DNA of 63,739 bases, counting the filler, from Octopus bimaculoides (taxonomy: Eukaryota), in assembly GCF_001194135.2 (NCBI RefSeq). It is 5 parts of 3 records of this genome, joined end to end, with 100 filler letters (N's around TTAATTAATTAA, not from the genome) between each part and the next. Parts side by side here need not be neighbours in the genome. Positions count along the whole stretch, not along the records: positions 1 to 19,738 come from NC_068981.1; positions 19,839 to 33,386 come from NC_069007.1; 3 more parts are not named here. The stretch is one strand, 5' to 3'. Below the pieces are notes generated by a model. It made no database searches. It was not told where the DNA came from and saw only the letters and a list, made by a program, of their open reading frames with translations. The translations under genes were made by a program, and so were the position numbers. Below, in pieces: positions 13,178 to 25,300 of this stretch. Positions within the stretch are counted from its first letter, which is position 1; each line of letters begins with the position of its first letter.

Positions 13178-13338
13178 GGGTGCAGGGGTAGCAGTGCGGT
13201 AAGAAGCTTGTTTCCAAACCACATGCTTCCGGGTTCAGTTCCACTGCGAGGCATCTTGGGCATATGTTCTGTACTATAGCCCCGGACTGACCAATGCCTT
13301 GTGAGTGGATTTGGTAAACTGAAAGAAGCCCGTCGTAT
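13178..13338 (+). mobile_element. tRNA-derived SINE (GACGGAAACTGAAAGAAGCCCGTCGTA-tail family); other copies near 6760-6905, 9019-9128 and 11780-11865
   Basis: GGTAGCAGTGCGGTAAG head, GGTTCAGTTCC B-box-like, shared tail ending in (TA)n. Confidence 0.65.
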
Positions 13339-13591
13339 ATATGTCCGTATACATGTATAGTCTTTCGAAAGGGCGTAAAATAAATTCCTTTTTGGATCCC
13401 AAGGCTCATAAAGCTATAAAAAGAATAGCAGGAGAATATTACGTTTTAGTTATTTTTGATAGAAAATTGAGTGTCTATGTGTGTGTGTGTGTGTGTGTGT
13501 GNNNNNNNNNNNNNNNNNNNNNNNNNNNNNNNNNNNNNNNNNNNNNNNNNNNNNNNNNNNNNNNNNNNNNNNNNNNNNNNNNNNNNNNNNN

Positions 13592-13843
13592 NNNNNNNNN
13601 NCGTTTTCCATATATATAAATGTTTTCCCAAATTTAGTTGCACTTCACTTTTGTAACTCCGACGAATCTCTAACGCACCATTTCTTAACCGGAACCCTAA
13701 TGTTCCGCTAAAGGTTCTTAGTGAACTACGATGAAAGAAGTATGAGAACGATATGGTATATAATTGCTTTTTGTGCAGGGGTTCCTTGAGACATGTAATT
13801 TATTTTAAGGGTTACGCATGGGTAAAACGGTTGAGAAATACTG
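13592..13843. mobile_element. Right end of a non-autonomous hAT (Charlie-like) element
   Basis: Ends GGTTGAGAAATACTG followed by CTCTAAGG (8-mer with central TA); left end in gap. Confidence 0.5.
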
Positions 13844-14679
13844 CTCTAAGGCGATACACACACACACACTCAACAATGAGTGCATTGCATATTATAACAG
13901 AAGCAGTTATAAGTTAATGAAGTTCCTTACATCATATCCTGTTCTCCCGTCATTTATATAACCCCTTAAATATGTATGTATGTATGTGTAATGTTATTTT
14001 TGTTTAATGCTCTTTACCAGTCACTCTGACAAATGAGAGCTACGCCCGACATCTCGTATCTGTTTTTTATTATTGGGACTTCATCATGTGCATATACAGA
14101 TATGTTTATAATAAATACTTACACACATGCACACAAACACACACACACGTATTTACTTTTACCTTTTAAGAGGTTAGTCGTAGAAGATTTGTGTGTGTGT
14201 GTGTGTGTGTATGTGTGTGTGCGTATGTATGTATATATATATATATATATATATAAAATACACACACCGACACATCGACATATTTGTCTGTTTGCAAATA
14301 TATANNNNNNNNNNNNNNNNNNNNNNNNNNNNNNNNNNNNNNNNNNNNNNNNNNNNNNNNNNNNNNNNNNNNNNNNNNNNNNNNNNNNNNNNNNNNNNNN
14401 NNNNNNNNNNNNNNNNNNNNNNNNNNNNNNNNNNNNNNNNNNNNNNNNNNNNNNNNNNNNNNNNNNNNNNNNNNNNNNNNNNNNNNNNNNNNNNNNNNNN
14501 NNNNNNNNNNNNNNNNNNNNNNNNNNNNNNNNNNNNNNNNNNNNNNNNNNNNNNNNNNNNNNNNNNNNNNNNNNNNNNNNNNNNNNNNNNNNNNNNNNNN
14601 NNNNNNNNNNNNNNNNNNNNNNNNNNNNNNNNNNNNNNNNNNNNNNNNNNNNNNNNNNNNNNNNNNNNNNNNNNNNNNN

Positions 14680-14746
<67 letters not shown>

Positions 14747-14912
14747 GTGTGTGTGTGTGTGTGTACATATATATATACATATATGTATGTATGTTTGTGT
14801 GCATGTATTTATTTGTATGAATGTATATATATATGTATGTACATATATATGTATGTATATATATACGTATGCATATACATACACATATATGTATGCATAT
14901 ATATATATATAT

Positions 14913-15157
14913 ATTGTGCTATTATGCAAAAGTTCGTAAGTCCAGAACGTTGCCATTTCTGAAAACGAAAAAATAGTTTCACCATTCCTTAGCAAAATCG
15001 TTGTACTACATTTTAACAATTTTTGATATCTTGGCATCTGAAGCTGGAGATACGATAGTTTGACCAAAAGAACCGGCTATTGCAAGCAAAAATAAATATT
15101 GCAATAAACGCATTTGGCCAAATTTGAACATACGACAGTTCAACATAATAGCAACGA
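14913..15157. mobile_element. MITE with short TIR (TCGTTGCTATTATG) flanked by (TA)n
   Basis: Left TTGTGCTATTATG, right CATAATAGCAACGA; the left half recurs at 15623-15734. Confidence 0.55.
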
Positions 15158-15208
15158 TATATATATATATAGGTTAGCTGAGTTAGAGGTTAAAATAACC
15201 GTCTAAGG

Positions 15209-16759
15209 CTGGGGTCACCAAACTTTTTTATAGTGGACCATATATAGCTAAAAGAATGCCAAGCGCGGGCCGGACAAATATTTTGTTCAGTTCAGTGCAA
15301 TATAGAATACTCTGAATGTACACAAAAAATAAAAACAGTCATTCTATTTATTTATCAATACATAAAATACACAGAATAATAAAAACAATAAACATATCTT
15401 AATAATACCAAAATATTACCAAGTTAGAATTTTTAGAAAAAGTGTGCACATAGCTGATTTGCATAAAACGTAAACAGCACAAAAGTTAACGAGATTTGTG
15501 AAACTGGCGTTTTGCTTCCAAAATATCATCAACATTTGCTTTATGATTGCTGCAGCCAACCATAAGAATTGCTTTCAAATGTTCTTCAGTGAGCTTTGTT
15601 CGATGTATTGACTTCACACATATCGTTGCTATTATGCAAAAGTTCGTAAGTCCAGAACGTTGTCATTTCTGAAAACGAAAAAATAGTTTCACCATTCCAT
15701 AACAAAATCGTTGTACTACATTTTAACAATTTTTAAAAACATTTGCTCACAAATATAAGTTGCTCCAAAAACTCATGCCATACCTGAGGCAAATTTTTTC
15801 AATTTTGAAAACTCATCAGCAGGCAAGTAACGATAAAATTCAATGAGTTTTCCTTCTCTGTGATTCTCTTCCAACAAGGTATTAGCTTGCAAGTCAATAA
15901 GCTCCAGTTGTAGTTCAGTTGGCATGTTATCAAATTAACAGCCAAAGGAATTCTCAAACAAAAGAATTTCATTCTCATTTCTATCAAGCTCTGAAAATCT
16001 TTGAGAAAAATGCTTATTTAAGACCCGAATGATTTTTTTCTAAAACTCCAGGTAAACTTGTTCCACATTTTCTGTGCAAAACTCTTGAAAACACTGAAAA
16101 TGAGAGAAGTTTCCTCCTTCAAGTTGTGCTTCAAACAATGATAGCTTTCCCCGAAATGCTGTAATAATTCTGTAGAGATCACTGAGAAGGTTATTCTTTC
16201 CTTGCAATTTTAAATTCAATTCTTTCATATGAGAAGTGGCGTCAACTAAAAATAACAACTTTGATAACCATGAAGGATATGACAGCTGTGAATCAGCTCT
16301 ATTCTTTTTGGTGAGAAAAAGATCTATTTCCTTTCGGAGCTTATAAAAACGAAACAGGACTTTATTGCAACTGAGCCATCTCACTTCTGTGTAGTAAGGC
16401 AAGTCACAGAAATCAGAATCCATTTCTTCAAGGAAAGCCTGGAACAGTCGGTGATTAAACCCGTGATTCCGAATAAAGTTCACCACAGTAGTAACCGGTT
16501 TTAGTAGCAAGAAATAGCTAAGTGTTTACCGCAGAGTGATTGCTGATGTATAATTCAGTGTATAAACAGAGCTTTCGGAAGTTAAAGCTCCTCCATCTTG
16601 GTCTGGATCCGCCCTACCAAACCCTTCCTCACTCCTGCCATGTTTTTTCCTCTATCGACTGTAACACACCGAAGCTGATTCCACTGAAGGTTATAGTTTT
16701 GCAAAGTTTTCTGCACCTCTATGAAAATATCTTCTCCAGTTGTTGTTCTATGTATACTG
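15209..16759 (-). mobile_element. hAT (Buster/SPIN/Charlie-like) transposon, defective; other end in gap
   Basis: Transposase motifs LRCVTVDRGKNMAG, FIH*IIHQ (CxxH destroyed by a stop), YTEVRWLS, FGATYICEQMF, stop at 15486-15488; TIR CTGGGGTCACCAAACTTTTT at 15209 preceded by GTCTAAGG, an 8-mer with central TA as expected for a Buster-type target. Confidence 0.9.
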
Positions 16760-17474
16760 NNNNNNNNNNNNNNNNNNNNNNNNNNNNNNNNNNNNNNNNN
16801 NNNNNNNNNNNNNNNNNNNNNNNNNNNNNNNNNNNNNNNNNNNNNNNNNNNNNNNNNNNNNNNNNNNNNNNNNNNNNNNNNNNNNNNNNNNNNNNNNNNN
16901 NNNNNNNNNNNNNNNNNNNNNNNNNNNNNNNNNNNNNNNNNNNNNNNNNNNNNNNNNNNNNNNNNNNNNNNNNNNNNNNNNNNNNNNNNNNNNNNNNNNN
17001 NNNNNNNNNNNNNNNNNNNNNNNNNNNNNNNNNNNNNNNNNNNNNNNNNNNNNNNNNNNNNNNNNNNNNNNNNNNNNNNNNNNNNNNNNNNNNNNNNNNN
17101 NNNNNNNNNNNNNNNNNNNNNNNNNNNNNNNNNNNNNNNNNNNNNNNNNNNNNNNNNNNNNNNNNNNNNNNNNNNNNNNNNNNNNNNNNNNNNNNNNNNN
17201 NNNNNNNNNNNNNNNNNNNNNNNNNNNNNNNNNNNNNNNNNNNNNNNNNNNNNNNNNNNNNNNNNNNNNNNNNNNNNNNNNNNNNNNNNNNNNNNNNNNN
17301 NNNNNNNNNNNNNNNNNNNNNNNNNNNNNNNNNNNNNNNNNNNNNNNNNNNNNNNNNNNNNNNNNNNNNNNNNNNNNNNNNNNNNNNNNNNNNNNNNNNN
17401 NNNNNNNNNNNNNNNNNNNNNNNNNNNNNNNNNNNNNNNNNNNNNNNNNNNNNNNNNNNNNNNNNNNNNNNNNN

Positions 17475-18199
17475 ATTGTTTGTTTTTGATTTTGTCGACA
17501 ACACAGTATAGTAGGATCAGTTGGGCACCATGACGCAATTCACTCTTCCAGAAATTTGGAAACGACATGCTGTACTGCTTGGAATTCGCAGTGGAAGCTC
17601 CATTCCAGAGTTTTTGGGTGTCAATCAAGCATCCAGTCAACATCATGGTGTTTGGATTGATCACTAATGATGGCAATGTTAAGCCTCCATTCACCCTTCC
17701 ACACGGCCTCAGACTCAACGCGGAGGCCTACATCAAGTGCCTGGAGTAGGTAGTGCTCCCTGGGTCAAGAGGGTGGCTGCTGGAAGACCCTACGTCTAGA
17801 AACAGGACTCTTCACCATGCCACACAAGCAGGAGAACCCAGTCATGGCTGCCAGACAATTTCTACGACCACATCACCCCTAACATCTGGCCATCTAACTC
17901 CCCAGTCTGCAACCCCTTTGATTATTATATGTGGGACGCAGTTGAGAGAGAGGCTAACGAAACTCCTTTTAACACCAAAGATGAACTGAAGGCAAGGATT
18001 ATAGCAGCATTTATCAACTTAAACAAGGAAACTGTCCAGAAGAGTTACGGGAGATTCCGAAGCAATTTTATTGAATAATTTTACTCATTCGTATTTCAAG
18101 ATGTCTTTATGTAATTTTGGTAAATATATCTGTTAAAATGAAATTTCAGTGTTATCTTTATTTTTGTGTAACTTAGACAAGTTTATTCATCGCACCCTC
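17475..18199 (+). mobile_element. Internally deleted Tc1/mariner-superfamily DD37D (maT-type) element
   Basis: Remnant QDSSPCHTSRRTQSWL...IWPSNSPVCNPFDYY gives 37 residues between the second and third Asp; N-terminus [14 protein letters not shown] fused to [10 protein letters not shown]; right end ACAAGTTTATTCATCGCACCCT. Confidence 0.8.
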
Positions 18200-19059
18200 T
18201 GTGTGTGTGGGGGGGATGTAACTCACTGTTTCCCTTACGTCATGTCTTACTTAATCACCAACTGGTTTATACTGTTAACCACAACATTAAATGTAAATTT
18301 TATCTTCATTGCTCATTGATGCAAAATATGTTTTTTATGTGCAAATTCAACTGAGTGGAATTAATTTACTGTTCAGGTGTGTCTAGTTTGAATATAATTT
18401 AAAGATGTTACAATTTTTCGTTCGAGATGCTTTTTTCAAATCATATGAAACAAAGCACGAAAACGTTTCGGCTTGTAGTTTTTTTCCTTTGAACAAAATG
18501 CGAATAGTAACACGTGTGTGTGCTAGTGCGTGTGCTTTTGTGTGTATATGTTTGTGCGTGAGAATGAAAGATTGAATCATTGTGTGTGTGTTTTATCACC
18601 ATTTTCTGTCAAAATTAATTGTTTCTGATAATTTTATTATCTCTCAAATAATCCAATTATTAAGAAGTTTGAATATAGAAACACTTTTCGCTCGTGAGAC
18701 TAGTACAAGTATTAGAATAATTCGGAGAAAGCTTCTGACTGGAATCGCGATAAGAACAATAGCATTTTACTTCCTCATATATATATACATAAAAAATATC
18801 ATACAAATGTGTGTGTCTATATTCTACCTATGCGTCAAAACTGCCCTAACTCTTCGAAACGCTTAGTTTTAGAATGGTGGCAGCTGATGAAGGAAATGTT
18901 CTCTATGTGGCCTGTGTGTTTTCTGTACTCTGTTTATCATTTTGTCCACGTTTTTTTTTTGCAACGTCCTGTACCCAGATAGGCATCTATATATACATGT
19001 AGATGTAGGTATGTACATACATGTACGTATATATGCATATACTCATTTACTATTTGTAT

Positions 19060-19091
<32 letters not shown>

Positions 19092-19310
19092 TTATAAGAA
19101 AAGAAATGACAAAGTAATAAACAATTATCTTATGGACTTCATTAGCTTACAGCTGTTTTTGCTATAAGATGCAGTTGATTCATAGTTGAGTGCCTGAGTA
19201 AAGACTTATAGCTTCATCGGAGTTTCGAATATGAAGTGCATTTTATTTGGGTAAAGAATTACATTTGCAGTGTCTAAATATCAAAATACACACACGCACA
19301 CATATATTGT

Positions 19311-19600
19311 TATATTTCGGGACTTTTTTGTTTGTTTCTTTTTTTTTTTTGTCAAATAAACATACGCACTATATATTCGTTCGTCACTCGTTTATTACTT
19401 TTCTTATTTTATCTTATGTGCATTGTCTGAAAATCTTTCGTCACACATTTGTGACCTCTTCAGCGACCCTTTCTATTCACATATATCCTCCTGCTCCGCT
19501 TACGAACTTCTCTAAGAACAGTAATAAGCAAATGAAGAATGAATATATATAGCGCGTGTGTTTATTTGTCAAAAAACAAAAATGACCATCCCGAAATATA
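19311..19600. mobile_element. MITE-like element with about 70-bp imperfect TIRs
   Basis: TATATTTCGGGA...TTTTGTCAAATAAACATACGCACTATATATTC mirrored by GAATATATATAGCGCGTGTGTTTATTTGTCAAAA...ATCCCGAAATATA; a partial related end lies near 27993-28046. Confidence 0.55.
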
Positions 19601-19680
19601 TCTGTTTCAACACAGTTTCACATCAGGAATGCTGCAAAGCAAATTTATAAGTGTATGTAAATATATATATATATATATAT

Positions 19681-19719
<39 letters not shown>

Positions 19720-19738
19720 TATGCATATTTATATATAT

Positions 19739-19838
19739 NNNNNNNNNNNNNNNNNNNNNNNNNNNNNNNNNNNNNNNNNNNNTTAATTAATTAANNNNNN
19801 NNNNNNNNNNNNNNNNNNNNNNNNNNNNNNNNNNNNNN
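19739..19838. other. Artificial scaffold-join spacer (44 N + TTAATTAATTAA + 44 N)
   Basis: Exactly 100 bp; the 12-mer gives stop codons in all six frames. Confidence 0.92.
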
Positions 19839-19839
19839 A

Positions 19840-20822
19840 TAACTAAGTACGTACGTACGAATGAACAAACAAACGTACTTACGTATGAACGAATGAATGA
19901 AAGAACGAAAGTACGTAGGTACGAATGATCGCACGAACGAACGAACGAACAACGAATGAACTTACGTACGTAAATACGTATGTACATTCGTAAGTAAGTA
20001 TGTACGAACGAACGAACGTACGTAAGAACGAACGACCGTTCGTACGTACGAACGAACTAACGATCGAACAAACAAAAGGAAGAACGAAGGAAGGAACGAA
20101 CGAACGTAAGGATGTACGTAGGTACGAACGAACGTACGACCGAACGATCGAAGGAACGAACGTACGTACGAATGAACGATCGTACGTACGTACATACGAA
20201 CGAAGGAACTAGGGAACGAACGTACGAACGAACGATTGATCGAACGAACGTATGTACTTACGTAAGAACGATCGAACGATCGAACGAACGAACATTCGTA
20301 CGTATTTAAGTATGAATGAACGAACGAACGTACGTACATACGTGCGGACGAACGACCGATCGAACGAATGAACGAACGAACGTACGTACGTAAGTACGAA
20401 TGAACGAATTAACCAACGAACGAACGAGAGAACGAACGTATGTATATACGTACGAATGAACGAACGATCATACGTACGTACGTACTTAGGTACGTATGAA
20501 CGAACGAACGAATGAAATAACGTACGTACGAACGAACATACGTACGTAGGAACGAACGATGGAATGAACGAACGAACGAAATAACGAAAGAACGAACGAA
20601 CGTACGCACGCGCAAACGTAAGAACGAACGAACGAACGTACGAAATAACGAACGAACAAACGAAAGAACGAACGTACGTACGTACGAACGAACGAACTAA
20701 CGTACGTATGTACGTACGAACGACCGAACGAACGTACGTGCGTACGTACGATCGAACGAACGAAAGAACGTGCATACATATCTACGTACGAACGAACGAA
20801 CGAACGTACGTACGTAAGAACG
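19840..20822. repeat. About 1-kb CpG-rich tetranucleotide mosaic satellite (ACGA / ACGT / ACGATC variants)
   Basis: Continuous GAAC/GTAC/GATC-type 4-mers. Confidence 0.9.
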
Positions 20823-20833
20823 ATAGATATATG

Positions 20834-21344
20834 TACAATTTCTGATCAAAAAGTGATCGGAACAGGTACTCTAGAAAGAAATTAGACGTCGTCCCTTTCT
20901 GAAGCCACACACTTTATCCAGCATCATTACGGTTGATGGAAGCATTCTTGAAACTCCCTTTTTGTGATAGCAAGCAGCTGCCTCATAAAAATTCACCTGG
21001 ATTTCCTCAACATCTTATTCCTTTTAAGCCTTCGTTTTAGAGACAAAGCCATAGACCCACAATTCACCATCTTCGACAATCGTTTTCAAAATGGTTTTTG
21101 TCTTCCTCGACACAATCCAGGAGATCCTGCACAGCTGAAACCCGATCTTCTTTTCGAGACAACCACACTCTACACACTTTACTTCCAAGCACTGCTATAA
21201 ACAGCAGCAGTGAGTGAGAACATTATAACTTGGTGTACATGTGTGACAAACTCCAAGGTTAATCTGTGCCAAGTGGCTTCACTCTGCATACTTCAACTCC
21301 ATTACCATAGCAACAGTCCCAATACTTTTTGATCAGATCCCATA
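20834..21344. mobile_element. Non-autonomous mariner-type element (MITE-like)
   Basis: Imperfect TIRs TCTGATCAAAAAGTGATCGGAAC / GTCCCAATACTTTTTGATCAGA in TA context. Confidence 0.6.
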
Positions 21345-21509
21345 TACATACATATATATACATATCAAAGGGATATGTGTAATACTATTCCACAGCCATA
21401 CCAATAAATACTATTCCACATATACAAAACACCCATATACACTCACAGGAGAGCAAATAAGAGCAAACAAAGTAGAAAAAATAGTACTCAAATACCAAAG
21501 GTAGAGCAA

Positions 21510-21676
21510 TATGCTTTTATTAAAGCTGCAAAATTATCACAAATGCTGTTACTCAGAGTTTCCCATTCGCTGGACAATTGTGATGAAAACTTTTCATCAC
21601 AACTGTCCAACAAACGGGAATGTGAAACTCTGAGTAACAAGTTTTGTGATAATTTTGCAGCTTTAATAAAAGTATA
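21510..21676. repeat. Imperfect 167-bp palindrome centred on base 21590
   Basis: CTTTTATTAAAGCTGCAAAATTATCACAAA..TGTGATGAAAA-C-TTTTCATCACA..TTTGTGATAATTTTGCAGCTTTAATAAAAG. Confidence 0.85.
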
Positions 21677-22207
21677 CATATCTATATACACACACACAAA
21701 CTATTGAAAGTATAATCTACATAACTACTTATTATATACCCAATACGAAAAAACACTGCCAACAGTAAGATATATATTAAACATTGCTGAAAGTGAAATA
21801 TATAGTTTTACTGTATGTATGCATGTATAGGCTCTTCTGTTTTTTTGATAATTTGAAATCATCCTCTGAAGGAGGAGGAGGAGCTGGTTTCTAACAAAGA
21901 CTGTAGAAAATAAAAATAAATTCACATTTTAAACTTGAGAAAAGTCTTACATATTTTTACTGTTCCTCTTACAGATTGTGTCTTGTAATGTGTGAATTAG
22001 TTGGGTGATTTCTTTTTCTGAAAAGCCTAGCTTATCTACAATGTCAGTTCAGCAGTAGACTGAACACAAGCAACCCAGGGTGTATAGTGTGTGTGTGTGT
22101 GCAATAAAAAGTGTGAAATAGAAGAGCAGAGAAAAGTAGAATTAGTGGGAGAATAAAAAGAAAACGGAGTAATATACATGAAAAGGAGAGAAAGAAGTTT
22201 AACTTAC

Positions 22208-22328
22208 TCTGATGGCCTCCTGAAACCAGTTCTTTGCCTTGATAAACTCTTTATTGTCAGCAGCCAAGATAGCTAGGCAATAATAAGCTTTAGCATCATT
22301 AGGTTTTAACTCGAGTAAATGTAGCAAC
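22208..22328 (-). CDS. TMTC3: TMTC3 exon ([40 protein letters not shown]), last recognisable exon in window
   Basis: tttccag acceptor, GTAAGT donor; 121 nt, phase 2 to 0; TPR-like. Confidence 0.88.
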
Positions 22329-25300
22329 CTGGAAATACACAAGGAGGACAAACATTCATTTTCTTTACCTCCACCATTTTATGATTCAGAGAGAAATTCA
22401 TTTGGGCACATCACAAAACTATAATGAGTAGCAGACAAAATTTGTCTAGCAGTGGCTGGTGCATTTCAGCATCAATGAACTTTGTCAGTAGCATAGCAAA
22501 GTGGTTAGGAATGTCCAGATCACAACTGTATGGTTGTGAGTTTAATTCCTGGCAGCGTGTAGTGTCCTTGAGCAAGACACTTTATTTCATGTTGCTCCAG
22601 TTGATTTCGTTGGCAAAAATGAGTTGTACCGGTAATTCAATGGGCTAACCTTGTCACATTCTGTGTCATGCTGAATCTCCCTCGCATGTTAATTTCACAA
22701 GCAGGCTGTTCCGCTGATCAGATCAACTGGAACACTCGTAAGTGAGAGAGTGCCAGTTACTAAAGATTAATGACAAAATCTCCAGCTTCTGATACAGGGA
22801 AACTGACTGAACAATCACTGATGCTGCAATTAACTGCCTACTTGAACCTGTTATATGCGACCGAAGCAGTATCAGATTAAAACAGCCATCCATGCATCTG
22901 CAACAGATTGCTCAGTCACTGCTTTCCTATATTGGTTGGGGATGATTTTTTTTCTTAGAAGACGGTTGCCAATGGGTAAATGCTATTGACGAAATGTGCA
23001 TCTAACATTCTGTTATTGCTGGTTGATTATTGTTTGATACTTCTGGATTTTGTGTTTTTAAACACAGCACAATCTGTAAGAGATATTACCTCCAGATGAA
23101 TACTGCAGCAATAAAAAAAAAAACAACAACCTTGTTTGTAACGATGATGATGGCCATTTAAAACCATCATGTGATGTCCTGACAAGGTTACACACACACA
23201 CACACACACACAAAGTGGTACCCTGTTGGTTACGACAATGAGGGTTTCAGTCGATCCAATCAACAGAACAAGAATGACAGGAAGTTATTTGTATTTAGAT
23301 GACAGCATAGGAATGATATGGGAACAACTTACCTCCTCATCGCTTCAGGTCGATAAACTGGGTTTCCAAGATCTTGTAAAAGAAGGGCTGAGTTGAAAAG
23401 TGTTTGCTGCAAATATATAAAAACAAACATTTTGTAACAAGGAATCATTATCATCGTCATCATCATTTAACTTCTGTATTTCATGCTAGTTTGGGTTTGA
23501 AGGTTTGAAAGGAACAACATACAAGGAGGTCCTGAAAGGTTCCTGGCCATAGGTCCCCTCTCAGATTCACATACTTATTGCAGTGGTTGTTGAGATTTTT
23601 TTAAGCCCTGTAAAAGACCTCAGAAGGTTGGGCCTCCAACCAGGCTTTTCATGACATCCTTAAAGCTAGCAACTTTTCAGCACTACCTCATGTGTGTGTA
23701 TATCTATCTATCTATAGATACACACACAAACATGAGGTAGTGCTGAAAACTTCCTGGCTTTTGTTAAAAGAAAATACAGAAAGATCAGTTAATTATGATT
23801 TTATCCAACATATTCCCCTCTCAGATTCACACACTTATTGCAGCGGTCCTTCAGTTTTTCTAAGTCCTGTAAAAGAACTCAGAAAATTGGGCCTCCAGCC
23901 AGGCCTTTTGTGATGCCCCTAGAGCCAGGAACATTTCAGCACCCACCTCATAGCTTTAGTGCTGTATTGGTCTCCATTTTCTGCTTCAGCCACAAGGAGA
24001 TAACTACTCTGAAATGCAATGCATCCCACAGTTTGGTCGGCTGTGAACTGTGAACTGATTTGGTGCATTTACAACCATTTGTCAACAGTAAGAAACTTTC
24101 TCCATAACAAAACACCCTGAATGACTTTGGTATGGGTTCGCATATGCCTCAAGCTTGTTTGAAGTGGTAATAATTTTGTAATTACATGTAGAATATGTGT
24201 TACACATACTACTGCAGTACTGTAAACAGCAATAATAAAAAGAGAATCAACTAACCTGGTGATCAGGGTTCAATCTGAGTGCTTGCTCAAAGAAGGTGTT
24301 AGCTTCAAGTAGGTTCTTTTGTTCCAAGTTGACAACACCAATCTAAATTAGGGAGAAGAAACAGAGACACACTGCCAAGATGTGGTATTTATCTATCACA
24401 GGACTCGTGAAATATCATAGCTAGCAAACAAAAGTACATACACATGCTATGTGATGAGATGTTATAGCAAGCACACCGTTAGTCGAGAACAGTGTCGGTC
24501 AGGGAGTTTGACTGGGGTGCTATGCCTACCTGTCAAATAGTAATACAGGTGTCCCAAAGTGAGCACAGAAAGAAACCACATGTTGAATAGAAGGGCAAAG
24601 GCTAATGTGACAAAGATGAAGTTAGCATTCGTTTATTCAGTGTCACCACACACACAATATACGATGGCATTCACCTCACACAACACACACACATGCATTA
24701 TAAGGCAGCAACAACAACAACGGTTTCCATGGATACTACTCATATCCTAAGGAAAACACTGTCAAATTTAACAGAACCTTAGTTCTCAGAATCTGGTCTT
24801 TTTTCCCTACAACATCATCATCATTTAACGTCTGTTTTCCATGTTGGCATGGGTTGGACGGTTTGACTGAAAACTGGTAAGCTGTACCAGGTTACAATCT
24901 TGTTTAGCATGGTTTCAACAGCTGGATGCCCTTCATAAAACCAACCACTTCAGAAGTGTAGTGGGTGCTTTTTACATTCTGCCGCCATGGGTGCCAGTTA
25001 CGAAACACCAGCATTGGCCATGACTGTGACCTCACTTGGCTTGACGGGTCTTCTCAAGCACAGCATATCGCCCAACGTTCGAAGGATGCTTACATATCAT
25101 TAATTAATCATAAATAACACCCATAGTAAAACGTCCCACTTGCTTCTGTTACTAGAAGTCCCTAAAAGACTTGAAATAGCTTGTACAAAACAAAACAACA
25201 ACAGTAACGGCAGCAGCAGCAGCAGCAACAGTGTGTAGATCGATGTAAGTAAGTCATTACATTGTAGTAGATGTCAGCATCAGACTGTTCGTAGTGGAGG

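Noticed and set aside
16582-17718. 378-aa ORF apparently joining two transposase-like pieces
   Set aside because: It reads through a 715-N gap; the two sides belong to unrelated elements (hAT on minus, DD37D on plus).
19783-19794. TTAATTAATTAA as a homeodomain-like or palindromic regulatory motif (four copies)
   Set aside because: Always centred in exactly 44+44 N, so it is an assembly linker.
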